Assembly (NCBI GenBank): GCA_964519285.1
Contig: CAZFJG010000004.1
Span: forward strand, 1 to 45,796
Source: an uncultured Synergistales bacterium
GTDB taxonomy: Bacteria > Synergistota > Synergistia > Synergistales > JAFGMB01
DNA length: 45,796 nucleotides
Direction: 5' to 3'
The notes beneath the pieces were generated by a model that ran no database searches, was not told the DNA's origin, and saw nothing but the letters and a program-made list of their open reading frames with translations. A program made the position numbers and the translations under genes. The first letter of the stretch is position 1. The number at the start of each line of letters is the position of its first letter. Of the stretch, positions 1 to 9,019 are shown piece after piece.

Positions 1-99
1 GGAGGCGAATGTTCACTGGTGTGGGCCCCGGGCTTCAAACCCGGTCGGGAGGCGCTTTTGGGTGTCTCCGGTGGGTTCGATTCCCACACGCCTCCGCCA
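1..99 (+). tRNA. selC: tRNA-Sec (selenocysteine tRNA, anticodon UCA)
   Basis: Cloverleaf folded by hand. Acceptor GGAGGCG(1-7)/CGCCTCC(89-95), G96, CCA 97-99. 6-bp D stem 11-16/21-26 with 4-nt loop TGGT, which is Sec-type. Anticodon stem 28-32/40-44 with loop CTTCAAA, TCA at 35-37. Long ~8-bp variable arm 48-55/62-69. T arm GTGGG-TTCGATT-CCCAC 71-87. It begins exactly at the window edge. Confidence 0.85.
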
Positions 100-168
100 T
101 ATTTTCAGTTTCCCCCTTTCAGAGGATCCTTGTTTTCAAGTCTTCCGTATTTCCCAAAAAACAAAACC

Positions 169-678
169 TTATCTGTTCTTATGAATCCTGGTATCTATTA
201 TTGGAGTTACGTAGTCATACTGATATTCAGCATCCCAGGGAAAAAGGATCCATGTATCCTGGCTTACTTCTGTAATAAAAGTATCCACAAATGGACGCCC
301 CTCGGGCTTTGCATACACTGTTGCGAAGTGAGCTTTTGGAAGACGGTTCCTTATAAGTTTAGCTGTTTTCCCGGTGTCTACAAGATCATCTATAATAAGC
401 CATTTTGACTGGTCTTCACCTGGATCATTGAGGTCCTTGAGCAGAGAGATCTCTCCCTGGTCCCTTATGGTGTAGCTTGAAACACATATTGTATCGATCC
501 TGTGGATATTCAGTTCTCTTGCCATGATAGCTGCTGGAATAAGTCCACCACGGGCAATTCCAATTATCCATTCAAAAGGTCTTTCCTCGATTATTCGCCA
601 TGCGAGGGCCTTGCAGTCCTGGTGGAGTTGTCCCCAGGAGACTCTGTAGGTTTTGTGATATCTCTCCGATCCTGACAT
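169..678 (-). CDS. gpt: xanthine-guanine phosphoribosyltransferase
   Basis: The translation aligns by eye with E. coli Gpt (VSWGQL..., ARGGLIPAAIMARELNI, PRPP loop LIIDDLVDTGKTA, KAHFATVYAKPEGRP, QDTWILFPWD). I chose the ATG at 678, preceded by AAGAGG, rather than the ORF-track start at 744. Confidence 0.85.
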   Translation of the reverse strand: MSGSERYHKTYRVSWGQLHQDCKALAWRIIEERPFEWIIGIARGGLIPAAIMARELNIHRIDTICVSSYTIRDQGEISLLKDLNDPGEDQSKWLIIDDLVDTGKTAKLIRNRLPKAHFATVYAKPEGRPFVDTFITEVSQDTWILFPWDAEYQYDYVTPIIDTRIHKNR

Positions 679-782
679 GAATATACCTCTTTCATATATC
701 TGATTTTGTCTGAGCTCAAATGTCTGGAACTCATAATAAATCATATTAAGAAGTTATTCCAGGTAAATTCTTAAAAATAAGG

Positions 783-810
783 TTGATAAAAAACTATTTT
801 TGTTCATAAT
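783..810 (+). promoter_or_regulatory. candidate sigma-70-type promoter for the BMP/ABC operon
   Basis: TTGATA (783-788), 16 nt, CATAAT (805-810), about 40 nt upstream of the ATG at 852. Motif match only. Confidence 0.4.
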
Positions 811-851
811 TGTAAGGGTAATATTAATTCAAATCAGGAGGGGTCTTTTTT

Positions 852-1934
852 ATGAAAAGGATATTTTGTCTGGTGGCAGCCTTGATGCTTTGTCTTGTGT
901 CGATGCCGGCCTTTGCAATGGATGCAATTCCTGAGGAAGATGTTAAGGCAGGTTTTATCTACATCGGTCCTGTTGGAGATGGAGGATGGACCTACATGCA
1001 CGATCAGGGCAGGCTTGAGATGGAAGAAGCTTTCCCGGAAATGTCCTCCAGTTACGTAGAGTCTGTACCAGAAGGACCAGACTCGGCAAGAGTAATGGAA
1101 ACATTCGTACAGAGGGGATTTCAGGTAATTTTTGCTACTTCCTTTGGTTATATGGATTTTGTACAGGAAGTTGCAAAAAGACATCCTGAAGTAGTTTTCA
1201 TGCATTGTTCCGGATACAAGAGAGCAGACAATGTTGGAACATATTTTGGAAGAATGTACCAGGCAAGGTACCTTTCCGGACTTGTTGCTGGTTCAATGAG
1301 TGAAAGCAATGTAATCGGTTTTGTGGCAGCTCAGCCTATTCCGGAAGTAATAAGGGGAATTAATGCCTTTACTCTTGGTGCAAAAAAGGTGAATCCTGAT
1401 GTTCAGGTTAAGGTTATATGGCTTTTCTCATGGTTCGATCCTGGGAAAGAAAAAGAAGCAACCAAGGCTCTTATCGACGCTGGAGCAGATGTAATAGGGA
1501 TGCACGCAGATTCTGGAGCAACTCCACAGACGGCTGAAGAGGCTGGAGTCTATGTAGTAGGCTATAATAATGATATGAGCGAGTATGCTCCTACAAAACA
1601 CCTTACTGCTCCTGTGTGGAACTGGGGAATGATTTATAAGGCTACTATTGAAAATGTAGTTAATGGTACCTGGGAATCCTCAGATATATGGTGGGGTCTC
1701 AAGGAAGGACTTGTCGGTCTTTCTCCTTTCGGCGAAGCAGTTCCTGAAGATGTAAGAGACCTTGTCGAAAAAGAATCCGACAGGATAATAAAGGGAGAAT
1801 GGGATGTCTTTCACGGTCCTGTAAAAAACCAGTCAGGCGAGTTAATTGTAGCAGAGGGTGAAGCCATGAGCGATGCCGATATGCTTTCCATGAGCTGGTT
1901 CGTAGATGGCGTAAAGGGTAATATACCTAAATAG
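852..1934 (+). CDS. BMP-family (PnrA/Med-like) ABC transporter substrate-binding protein, probably nucleoside/purine binding
   Basis: N-terminal signal peptide (MKRIFCLVAALMLCLVSMPAFA). BMP-family look (GFIYIGPVGDGGWTY, IGFVAAQPIPEV). RBS AGGAGGGG precedes the ATG. Followed by a matching ATPase and two permeases. Confidence 0.8.
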   Translation: MKRIFCLVAALMLCLVSMPAFAMDAIPEEDVKAGFIYIGPVGDGGWTYMHDQGRLEMEEAFPEMSSSYVESVPEGPDSARVMETFVQRGFQVIFATSFGYMDFVQEVAKRHPEVVFMHCSGYKRADNVGTYFGRMYQARYLSGLVAGSMSESNVIGFVAAQPIPEVIRGINAFTLGAKKVNPDVQVKVIWLFSWFDPGKEKEATKALIDAGADVIGMHADSGATPQTAEEAGVYVVGYNNDMSEYAPTKHLTAPVWNWGMIYKATIENVVNGTWESSDIWWGLKEGLVGLSPFGEAVPEDVRDLVEKESDRIIKGEWDVFHGPVKNQSGELIVAEGEAMSDADMLSMSWFVDGVKGNIPK

Positions 1935-1995
1935 TTTATTCCGGAAGTGCAGATACCTTCCGTGTTGAAAAAGAAAGATCCTGTAACAATTTAAA

Positions 1996-2032
1996 ACACA
2001 GCGGGGACGCCCCATGTTCCCCTGTGTTTTTT
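1996..2032 (+). terminator. intrinsic terminator-like hairpin between the binding-protein and ATPase genes
   Basis: ACACAG(1996-2001)...CTGTGT(2022-2027) with an inner G/C-rich stem (GGGG/CCCC), followed by T27-T32. Confidence 0.6.
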
Positions 2033-2126
2033 CCATTTTACATAAGTATTACCATTTCTGTTATTATTTACTGGTTATATAAACAATAGTCAGTTTTAAT
2101 CTTACAGTTTAACCAGGAGCGTATAA

Positions 2127-3677
2127 ATGTCCTTTCAGCAGAACTGTTGCCTCGTAGAGATGAAAAATATCACTAAAAAGTTTGCCGGATTCCATGCCAA
2201 CGACAAAGTTGATTTCGACGTCAGGCCTGGGGAGGTCCATGCATTGTTGGGTGAAAACGGAGCTGGCAAAAGCACCCTTATGAACGTCCTTTGTGGCCTT
2301 TACTTTCAGGAAGAGGGAACAATAAGTATTGAAAACAGGATTGTAGAGCTCAAAAATCCCAAGGACGCGATCTTAAACGGTATCGGCATGGTACACCAGC
2401 ATTTCATGCTGGTGCCGAGCCAGACAGTTTGGGAGAATATGATACTTGGTCTGGATAATATCCCCCAGTTTTTGCCTAAACACAGGGTCATCGAAAAAAT
2501 AAAGGAGATCTCTAAAAAATACGGCCTTCACGTTGATCCGGAAGCAAAAACATGGCAGCTTTCAATAGGAGAACAGCAGAGAGTTGCGATACTGAGGGTT
2601 CTTTACCGGCAGGCTTCAGTACTGATCCTTGATGAACCTACGGCTGTCCTGACCCCCCAGGAGTCAAAAAAACTCTTCCAAACTGTAATGCAAATGAGAA
2701 GCGAGGGACACGGAATTGTCTTTATTTCTCACAAACTGGATGAGGTAATGGAATTTTCTGACAGGATAACTATCTTGAGAAAGGGCAGGAAGATCGCTAC
2801 GGTAGAGACTGATTCCGTGACCAAGCAGCGTCTGGCTGAAATGATGGTAGGAGAAAAAGTTGCCTTTTCCGTGGATAAACCTGATATGGATCCGGGAAAG
2901 ACAGTTATGGAGATAGATAACATCTCAGTTCTCAATGACAGGGGAAGAGAAGCAGTCAGGAATATATCCCTGGAGTTGAGGCAGAACGAGATTATTGGAG
3001 TTGCCGGTATAGCAGGAAATGGGCAGAATGAGTTGTGTGAAGCTATCGTGGGATTACGTAAACCTGTTTCAGGCAAAATATACATGTTCGGAAAAGATCT
3101 AACCTCTGCAAGACCAAAGGCCTACATATCCGAGGGAGTAAGGTACATTCCTGCGGACAGGAAGGGAACCGGTCTTATTCCCAACATGAACATAAATGAA
3201 AATGCAATATTGAAAAAATACTGGCAAAAACCTGTTTCCAGGGGGTTCAGGATTGACTGGCGTGCTGTTCTGGATTTTGCGAAAGCCATTGTTGACAAGT
3301 TTCATGTAGATGCACCATCTATGGAAACACCTGTAAGGAACCTCTCAGGGGGGAACCTGCAGAAACTGATGCTTGGAAGAGAACTTAAAGACGAGCCTAA
3401 TCTGCTTGTTGCTGTCCATCCAACATGGGGGCTGGATGTCGCAGCCACTACTTTTGTAAGGGAAACACTCCTGCTCGAAAGAAGCAGGGGAGCTTCGATC
3501 CTTTTCGTTTCAGAGGACCTTTCAGAGCTGGTTTCCATAAGTGACAGGCTGGCCGTTATTCATGGAGGGGAATTTATGGGTATGATAGATGATCCTTCTT
3601 CTGTCGATCTTGAGACTGTTGGTCTGATGATGGCTGGAACACCTGCTTCAGAGATCTTTCCGGGGGGTAAGTCATGA
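2127..3677 (+). CDS. ABC transporter ATP-binding protein with tandem ATPase domains (BMP/sugar-nucleoside type)
   Basis: Walker A GENGAGKST, signature LSIGEQQR, Walker B LILDEPT. The second half has GIAGNGQ, LSGGNLQK and a degenerate Walker B. AGGAG lies 7 nt before the ATG. Confidence 0.9.
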   Translation: MSFQQNCCLVEMKNITKKFAGFHANDKVDFDVRPGEVHALLGENGAGKSTLMNVLCGLYFQEEGTISIENRIVELKNPKDAILNGIGMVHQHFMLVPSQTVWENMILGLDNIPQFLPKHRVIEKIKEISKKYGLHVDPEAKTWQLSIGEQQRVAILRVLYRQASVLILDEPTAVLTPQESKKLFQTVMQMRSEGHGIVFISHKLDEVMEFSDRITILRKGRKIATVETDSVTKQRLAEMMVGEKVAFSVDKPDMDPGKTVMEIDNISVLNDRGREAVRNISLELRQNEIIGVAGIAGNGQNELCEAIVGLRKPVSGKIYMFGKDLTSARPKAYISEGVRYIPADRKGTGLIPNMNINENAILKKYWQKPVSRGFRIDWRAVLDFAKAIVDKFHVDAPSMETPVRNLSGGNLQKLMLGRELKDEPNLLVAVHPTWGLDVAATTFVRETLLLERSRGASILFVSEDLSELVSISDRLAVIHGGEFMGMIDDPSSVDLETVGLMMAGTPASEIFPGGKS

Positions 3678-4747
3678 TCCGTGGATTAAAGGTTGAAAAA
3701 AGATTATACAGGCCCAGATGGCTTTCTGTGTTAATTCCTGTTTCCGGTATGATCCTTGCTCTGATCGCTTCAGGCTTTTTTATGTATCTTCTTGGAGTTT
3801 CACCATTAAAGGCGTTTAAGGAAGTTATTTATTCAGCACTTGGAAGCAAATACGGAATAAGTGAGACTATTGTAAAAGCCGTACCCCTTGCTCTCGCTGG
3901 TATTGCCGTTCTGCTCAGTTTCAAAATGATAATATGGAACATAGGTGCCGAAGGACAGATTGTTATCGGAGCGCTTGCCACTACAGCAGTTGTTCGTTAC
4001 ATGTTTATTGACAATCCAATAGTAATGTTCATTCTAATGATAATGGCTTCGTGTATTGCAGGTGGCTTGTGGGCAGCTTTTGCCGGTTACCTCAAGGCCA
4101 GGTGGAACGTTAACGAGATAATAACTACGCTTATGCTTAACTACATTGCTATTCATCTTATGGAGCATTTTATTTACGGCCCCTGGCGTGATCCGGCCAG
4201 TCTTGGATTTCCGATGACGAAACCTTTTCCAGATGCTGCAAGGCTTTATCAATTTGCAGACACAAGAGTTCACGTTGGAATTATAATCGCTATCATTCTG
4301 GGACTTCTGTTTTACTGGATATTCAAAAATACACGATGGGGTTATGAAGTAAGGGTTATTGGAGAAAATCCGCGGGCAGCAGATTTTGCCGGGATTAATT
4401 ACGTTTGGAACGTTGTCTTTGTGATGTTCCTTTCCGGTGCTATTTGTGGAATTGCCGGAATGACCGAGATAGCTGGTCTTCAGGGAAGGCTGCAGAGCGG
4501 GTTTTCTGGAGGATTTGGCTATACTGCCATAATCGTTGCCTGGCTAGCAAGGCTTAATCCACTTTCTGTCCTTTTTGTATCTTTTTTCATGGGAATTCTA
4601 CTTGTTGGAGGAGATACTCTTCAGATAGTCATGAGACTCCCTCTTTCCAGCACACTTGTCATACAGGGACTTATATTGTTTTTCCTGCTTGGGGGAGAGT
4701 TTTTCAGAAGATACAGGATAAAGTTTATAACAGGAAAGGAACAGTAA
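3674..4747 (+). CDS. ABC transporter permease (BMP/nucleoside uptake family)
   Basis: Polytopic membrane protein. Its ATG overlaps the ATPase stop (ATGA). Position and composition are typical of YufP-like permeases. Confidence 0.8.
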   Translation: MIRGLKVEKRLYRPRWLSVLIPVSGMILALIASGFFMYLLGVSPLKAFKEVIYSALGSKYGISETIVKAVPLALAGIAVLLSFKMIIWNIGAEGQIVIGALATTAVVRYMFIDNPIVMFILMIMASCIAGGLWAAFAGYLKARWNVNEIITTLMLNYIAIHLMEHFIYGPWRDPASLGFPMTKPFPDAARLYQFADTRVHVGIIIAIILGLLFYWIFKNTRWGYEVRVIGENPRAADFAGINYVWNVVFVMFLSGAICGIAGMTEIAGLQGRLQSGFSGGFGYTAIIVAWLARLNPLSVLFVSFFMGILLVGGDTLQIVMRLPLSSTLVIQGLILFFLLGGEFFRRYRIKFITGKEQ

Positions 4748-4748
4748 A

Positions 4749-5678
4749 ATGGAAATGCTAATAACTATTCTTTCCGCAGCTGTGCGAAGTGGAACACCTA
4801 TACTTTACGCTACCCTGGGTGAGATCCTGACGGAAAAATCAGGTGTGCTTAACCTCGGACTTGAAGGTATCATGTTGATCGGAGCCTTTACGGGATTTTC
4901 TGTTACATACTCGACGGGTAATCCCTGGCTTGGAGTTCTGGCTGCCTTTATAGCAGGAATGTGCTTTACTCTTATTCATGCCTTTCTTTCGATCACTATG
5001 GGAGCCAACCAGGTTGTAAGCGGACTCGCGTTAACCATGACAGGTACAGGAGCAACATCTCTTCTTGGAAGACATTATATAGGTGAAACCATAAAAGGTT
5101 TCAGTATAACCCCTGTTCCCTACTTAAGTGATATCCCTTTTCTGGGACCAGTTCTGTTTAATCATGATGTTCTTGTTTACCTTTCTTTCCTTTTCGTCTT
5201 TGTATTGGCCTTTTTTCTCAATCATACGAGGTTCGGATTGAATCTGAGAGCAGTGGGTGACAGCCCCAGATCCGCTGATGCTGCGGGTCTGAACGTTCAG
5301 AAGATCCGTTACATCTATACAGTGATTGGAGGGGGTATAGTCGCCATTGGAGGAGCCTACATGTCTGTTGCCTATACAAAGATGTGGGGAGACCTTATGA
5401 CTGCTGGTAGGGGATGGATAGCTATTGCCCTTGTGATCTTTGCTATCTGGCATCCGGCGAGAGCTGCCTTTGGTGCTTATCTCTTCGGTGGAGTTACAGC
5501 CTTTCAGCTCAGGCTGCAGACTGCAGGTACAAACATATCTGCTTCTCTTTTGATGACCCTTCCTTACGTTCTTACGATCATGGTGCTCTTCTTTATTTCA
5601 GTAAGGCAGGGTAAGGGAATTCTTTTTGGTTCTCCTGCAGGACTTGGACAGCCTTATTACAGGGAAGAAAGAGAGTAG
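4749..5678 (+). CDS. ABC transporter permease (BMP/nucleoside uptake family, second subunit)
   Basis: Polytopic membrane protein starting 1 nt after the previous stop. YufQ-like position in the operon. Confidence 0.8.
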   Translation: MEMLITILSAAVRSGTPILYATLGEILTEKSGVLNLGLEGIMLIGAFTGFSVTYSTGNPWLGVLAAFIAGMCFTLIHAFLSITMGANQVVSGLALTMTGTGATSLLGRHYIGETIKGFSITPVPYLSDIPFLGPVLFNHDVLVYLSFLFVFVLAFFLNHTRFGLNLRAVGDSPRSADAAGLNVQKIRYIYTVIGGGIVAIGGAYMSVAYTKMWGDLMTAGRGWIAIALVIFAIWHPARAAFGAYLFGGVTAFQLRLQTAGTNISASLLMTLPYVLTIMVLFFISVRQGKGILFGSPAGLGQPYYREERE

Positions 5679-5700
5679 AGGAAAACTCTACTCTCTTTCT
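5666..5700. terminator. 15-bp perfect hairpin between the convergent permease and clpB genes
   Basis: AGAAAGAGAGTAGAG (5666-5680), loop GAAAA, CTCTACTCTCTTTCT (5686-5700). It spans the permease stop (5676-5678) and abuts the clpB stop (5700-5702). There is no clear U tract on either strand. Confidence 0.45.
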
Positions 5701-8306
5701 CAGTTGATCCTGACATCAAGCTCGTTATTAATTCTGTCTATAGTAACTGTACAACCTTCCTTTGCCTGACTGCCTATAATGGCCCTTGCCAGTTGAGTTT
5801 CAACCTGGTGGACAATAAAACGTTTCATTGGTCTGGCACCATATACAGGGTCGTAGCCTTCCCTCGCGATAAGATCAAGGGCATTTTCCGTTACTTTCAG
5901 AGAGATACGCTGCGATGCGAGACGATCCTCGAGGCGTTTTACCTGTAACCTGGCTATTTCCTTAATCTCGTCAAGAGACAGTGATTTGAACAGTACAATA
6001 TCATCCACCCTGTTCAGAAATTCCGGCCTGAAGTTGTTCCTGAGCTCGGCCATTACTTTTTTCCTTGTCTGTTCATTAACATCTCCGCCATAAGTTATTC
6101 CTTCTACAAGCCAGGTTGCACCAATGTTGCTTGTCATAATTATCACTGCGTTCTTAAAATCGACAGTTCTGCCGTGACTGTCCGTTATCCTTCCATCGTC
6201 AAGGATCTGGAGTAGTATGTTGAAGACATCCCGATGAGCCTTTTCGATCTCATCAAAGAGTATTACGGAATAGGGTTTTCTCCTGACCGTTTCTGTAAGC
6301 TGACCTCCTTCTTCATATCCTATATAACCTGGAGGTGCTCCAATCAGCCTGGCTACAGAATGTTTCTCCATGTATTCTGACATATCTATCCTTACCATGT
6401 TTTCTTCTGTATCGAAGAGGGCTTCTGCCAGTGATCTGGCTAGTTCAGTTTTTCCTACGCCGGTAGGTCCGAGAAAGATAAAGGAGCCGATAGGTCTGTT
6501 GGGGTCCTTTATGCCGGCTCTTGCCCTCAGGACGGCATCAGAGACGAGTTTTACCGCTTCATCCTGACCGATGACCCTTTTATGGAGGATATCTTCCATT
6601 TTGAGAAGTTTCTGCCTTTCTCCCTCCATAAGCCGGGAAACAGGTATTCCTGTCCATTTGCTCACGATCATGGAAATTTCCTCATCGGAAACTTCTTCCC
6701 TCAACAATGGTTGATCTGTAGAGCGGTTCTCAAGTTTCTCTTCAGCTTCCTTCAATTCTCTCTGGAGTCTCGGAAGTTCCCCATGTTTCAATTCTGCAGC
6801 CCGGTTCAGATCGTAATTGCGCTCGGCATTCTCTACATCTGAACGGACCTGTTCTATGTTTTCTCTCAATGCTCTAACCTTAGAGATGGCATCTTTTTCT
6901 GACTCATATCTTGCTCTCAGGGATTCCGATTTCTCTCTGGCCTGCTGAAGTTCCTTTCGAAGTTCAGCAAGTCTTTCCATACTTGCCTCATCGTCTTCTT
7001 TGTTCAGGGCTGCTTCCTCGATCTCGAGTTGCATAACCCTTCTTGTAATGGCGTCAAGTTCCGCTGGCATGGAGTCGATCTCTGTTCTCAGCATCGCACA
7101 AGCTTCATCAACAAGATCTATTGCCTTGTCAGGTAAAAACCTGCTGGTGATATATCTGTCAGAAAGAACAGCAGCAGATACTATAGCATTGTCCTTAATT
7201 CTGACTCCATGGTGTACCTGGAATCTTTCCTTCAGCCCTCTTAGAATAGAAATAGTATCCTCCACAGAAGGTTCATCCACTATTACGGTCTGGAATCTTC
7301 TTTCAAGGGCTGCGTCCTTTTCGATATGTTCCCTGTATTCATCAAGAGTGGTAGCTCCTATACAGTGGAGTTCTCCCCTGGCCAGCATTGGTTTCAGCAT
7401 GTTACCTGCATCAAGAGTACCTTCTGCTTTTCCTGCCCCTACAATGTTGTGCAGCTCGTCAATGAAAAGTAGTATATGTCCGTCACTTTCCTTGATCTCG
7501 TTGAGGACGGCCTTAAGGCGTTCTTCAAATTCTCCTCGGAATTTGGCCCCAGCCAGCAGGGATCCTATATCCAGCATGAAAATGGTTTTGTCTTTGAGAC
7601 CTTCAGGTACGTCTCCCTTGACTATTCTATGAGCCAGACCTTCTACTATGGCGGTCTTGCCCACGCCGGGTTCTCCTACAAGTACAGGATTGTTCTTTGT
7701 TTTTCTGCTGAGTATCCTTACAATCCTTCTTATTTCCTCATCCCTGCCAATGACTGGATCAAGACGATTTTCCCGTACCTCCCGTACTAGGTCTCTTCCA
7801 TATCTCTCAAGGGCCTGATAGGTGTTTTCAGGATTGGAGCTCTGGACTCTCTGGTGTCCTCTTACATCGTTCAGAGCGCTGAGCAGCTTTTCAGGAGTTA
7901 TGCCAAAACTGCCAAAGACAGAAGACAGATTTATGTCGGATCTGTCTTCAAGTATCGTGTAAAAAATGTGTTCAACTGACACATACTCATCTTTCATCCT
8001 GTCTGCCCGTTCCATAGCTTTTACAAGTGTTTTCGAAAGAGGGGCGGATATGTATATGTTTCCTGGTTTAACTCCAGGACCACTGACCCTTGGTCTGCGA
8101 GACAGTTCATTTTCAAGAGATCTGTTTAACGCGGATACGTCTACTTCCATTTTGTTCAAAAGGGAAGGGATAAGCCCTTTTTCCTGATTGACAAGACTAA
8201 TGGCCAGATGTATCGTATCAACCTGTTGATGGCCTTCTTTTATTGCAACATTCTGTGCTTCTGCTATCGCATTTTGTGATTTCTCTGTAAATCTGTTCAA
8301 ATCCAT
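5700..8306 (-). CDS. clpB: ATP-dependent chaperone/disaggregase ClpB
   Basis: 868 aa. Clp N domain, two AAA+ modules (GEPGVGKT and GPTGVGKT), a long coiled-coil middle domain, and the C-terminal YGARPMKR motif. GGAGGA lies upstream of the ATG. Confidence 0.95.
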   Translation of the reverse strand: MDLNRFTEKSQNAIAEAQNVAIKEGHQQVDTIHLAISLVNQEKGLIPSLLNKMEVDVSALNRSLENELSRRPRVSGPGVKPGNIYISAPLSKTLVKAMERADRMKDEYVSVEHIFYTILEDRSDINLSSVFGSFGITPEKLLSALNDVRGHQRVQSSNPENTYQALERYGRDLVREVRENRLDPVIGRDEEIRRIVRILSRKTKNNPVLVGEPGVGKTAIVEGLAHRIVKGDVPEGLKDKTIFMLDIGSLLAGAKFRGEFEERLKAVLNEIKESDGHILLFIDELHNIVGAGKAEGTLDAGNMLKPMLARGELHCIGATTLDEYREHIEKDAALERRFQTVIVDEPSVEDTISILRGLKERFQVHHGVRIKDNAIVSAAVLSDRYITSRFLPDKAIDLVDEACAMLRTEIDSMPAELDAITRRVMQLEIEEAALNKEDDEASMERLAELRKELQQAREKSESLRARYESEKDAISKVRALRENIEQVRSDVENAERNYDLNRAAELKHGELPRLQRELKEAEEKLENRSTDQPLLREEVSDEEISMIVSKWTGIPVSRLMEGERQKLLKMEDILHKRVIGQDEAVKLVSDAVLRARAGIKDPNRPIGSFIFLGPTGVGKTELARSLAEALFDTEENMVRIDMSEYMEKHSVARLIGAPPGYIGYEEGGQLTETVRRKPYSVILFDEIEKAHRDVFNILLQILDDGRITDSHGRTVDFKNAVIIMTSNIGATWLVEGITYGGDVNEQTRKKVMAELRNNFRPEFLNRVDDIVLFKSLSLDEIKEIARLQVKRLEDRLASQRISLKVTENALDLIAREGYDPVYGARPMKRFIVHQVETQLARAIIGSQAKEGCTVTIDRINNELDVRIN

Positions 8307-8332
8307 GATGATCCTCCATAAATGAAAAAATT

Positions 8333-8378
8333 ACTGACCAGTACTGACCATTATAATGGTCAAAACTGGTCAGTCAAG
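8333..8378 (-). promoter_or_regulatory. clpB promoter overlapped by two inverted pairs of CtsR-type heptad repeats
   Basis: On the - strand: TTGACT (rc of 8372-8377), 16 nt, TATAAT (rc of 8350-8355). Heptad pairs are GGTCAAA-ACT-GGTCAGT (+ strand, 8358-8374) and GGTCAGT-ACT-GGTCAGT (- strand, 8349-8333). Together they form a 42-bp imperfect palindrome. Confidence 0.6.
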
Positions 8379-8504
8379 TAGGAAGTTACGAATAATTTAA
8401 AATTGATTTTTGTATTACTGCCTTCAGGTGAATAATCCAACCGGCTGATGATCTTTTGACGATTTTAAACGGCAAGACCAATAAGAGAGACAGGTAATTT
8501 TATT

Positions 8505-8993
8505 ATGAGACACGAATTTAAAAAAAATGGAATTACAACGGGAAGGATAGTGAGAGCAGGACTTATTGCAAGTATCTACTGTGTGATGGTGCTTGTTTTT
8601 GCACCTCTTTCATACGGTCCGATACAGGTCAGGATAGCTGAAGCTCTGACATTGCTGCCTTATCTTTGGGTTGAAGCAATTCCTGGGCTCTTTGTGGGGT
8701 GTGTTATTGCTAATTTTGCTGGTGGGTTCGGAATTGCCGATGTCATTTTTGGTAGTTTTGCAACTCTCGTTGCTGCATGGATCACAGGAAAGATGCCCAA
8801 TGTTTATCTTGCTGCCCTTCCTCCTGTTGTTGTAAACATGCTTGTGGTGGGAGCCATGCTTTCAGTTGTACTGGAACTGCCATTTTTCAGTACTGCCCTT
8901 TATGTAGGAGCAGGTCAGGCTGTGGCCTGTTTTGGACTTGGAGTACCTCTTGCAATATACATTGAGAAAAAAGCAGGAAAGAAAAGGATGTAA
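8505..8993 (+). CDS. queT: queuosine precursor transporter QueT (ECF S-component-like membrane protein)
   Basis: 162 aa with about 5 TM segments. The QueT-family look is recognised from memory (GPIQVRIAEALTLLPY, IANFAGGFGIADVIFGSFATL). The RBS is weak. Confidence 0.7.
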   Translation: MRHEFKKNGITTGRIVRAGLIASIYCVMVLVFAPLSYGPIQVRIAEALTLLPYLWVEAIPGLFVGCVIANFAGGFGIADVIFGSFATLVAAWITGKMPNVYLAALPPVVVNMLVVGAMLSVVLELPFFSTALYVGAGQAVACFGLGVPLAIYIEKKAGKKRM

Positions 8994-9016
8994 TCCTGTA
9001 TCTTTCCTGCTTTTTT
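8972..9016. terminator. bidirectional intrinsic terminator shared by queT (+) and cysS (-)
   Basis: 11-bp stem AGCAGGAAAGA (8972-8982) / TCTTTCCTGCT (9001-9011). T tract 9011-9016 on the + strand and an A tract 8966-8971 that reads as a U tract on the - strand. The loop contains the queT stop. Confidence 0.65.
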
Positions 9017-9019
9017 AAA

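Noticed and set aside
9-408. Two + strand ORFs (88 and 129 aa) at the start of the window.
   Set aside because: They read through the tRNA-Sec gene and then run antisense to gpt. They are not credible coding sequences.
679-851. Possible purine riboswitch in the divergent gpt / BMP-transporter intergenic region.
   Set aside because: I read both strands and found no match to the conserved purine-riboswitch junction and loop sequences (the TATAAT...GGATATGG...CTACC...GACTA pattern). Both leaders would be under ~70 nt.
7000-7632. 210-aa + strand ORF, with neighbours at 6370-6567, 6582-6842, 7476-7790 and 7966-8187, lying antisense inside clpB.
   Set aside because: It lies entirely within a highly conserved, motif-verified gene on the other strand. 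The translation is Ser/Leu-rich and low in complexity, with no RBS. This is a typical shadow ORF.
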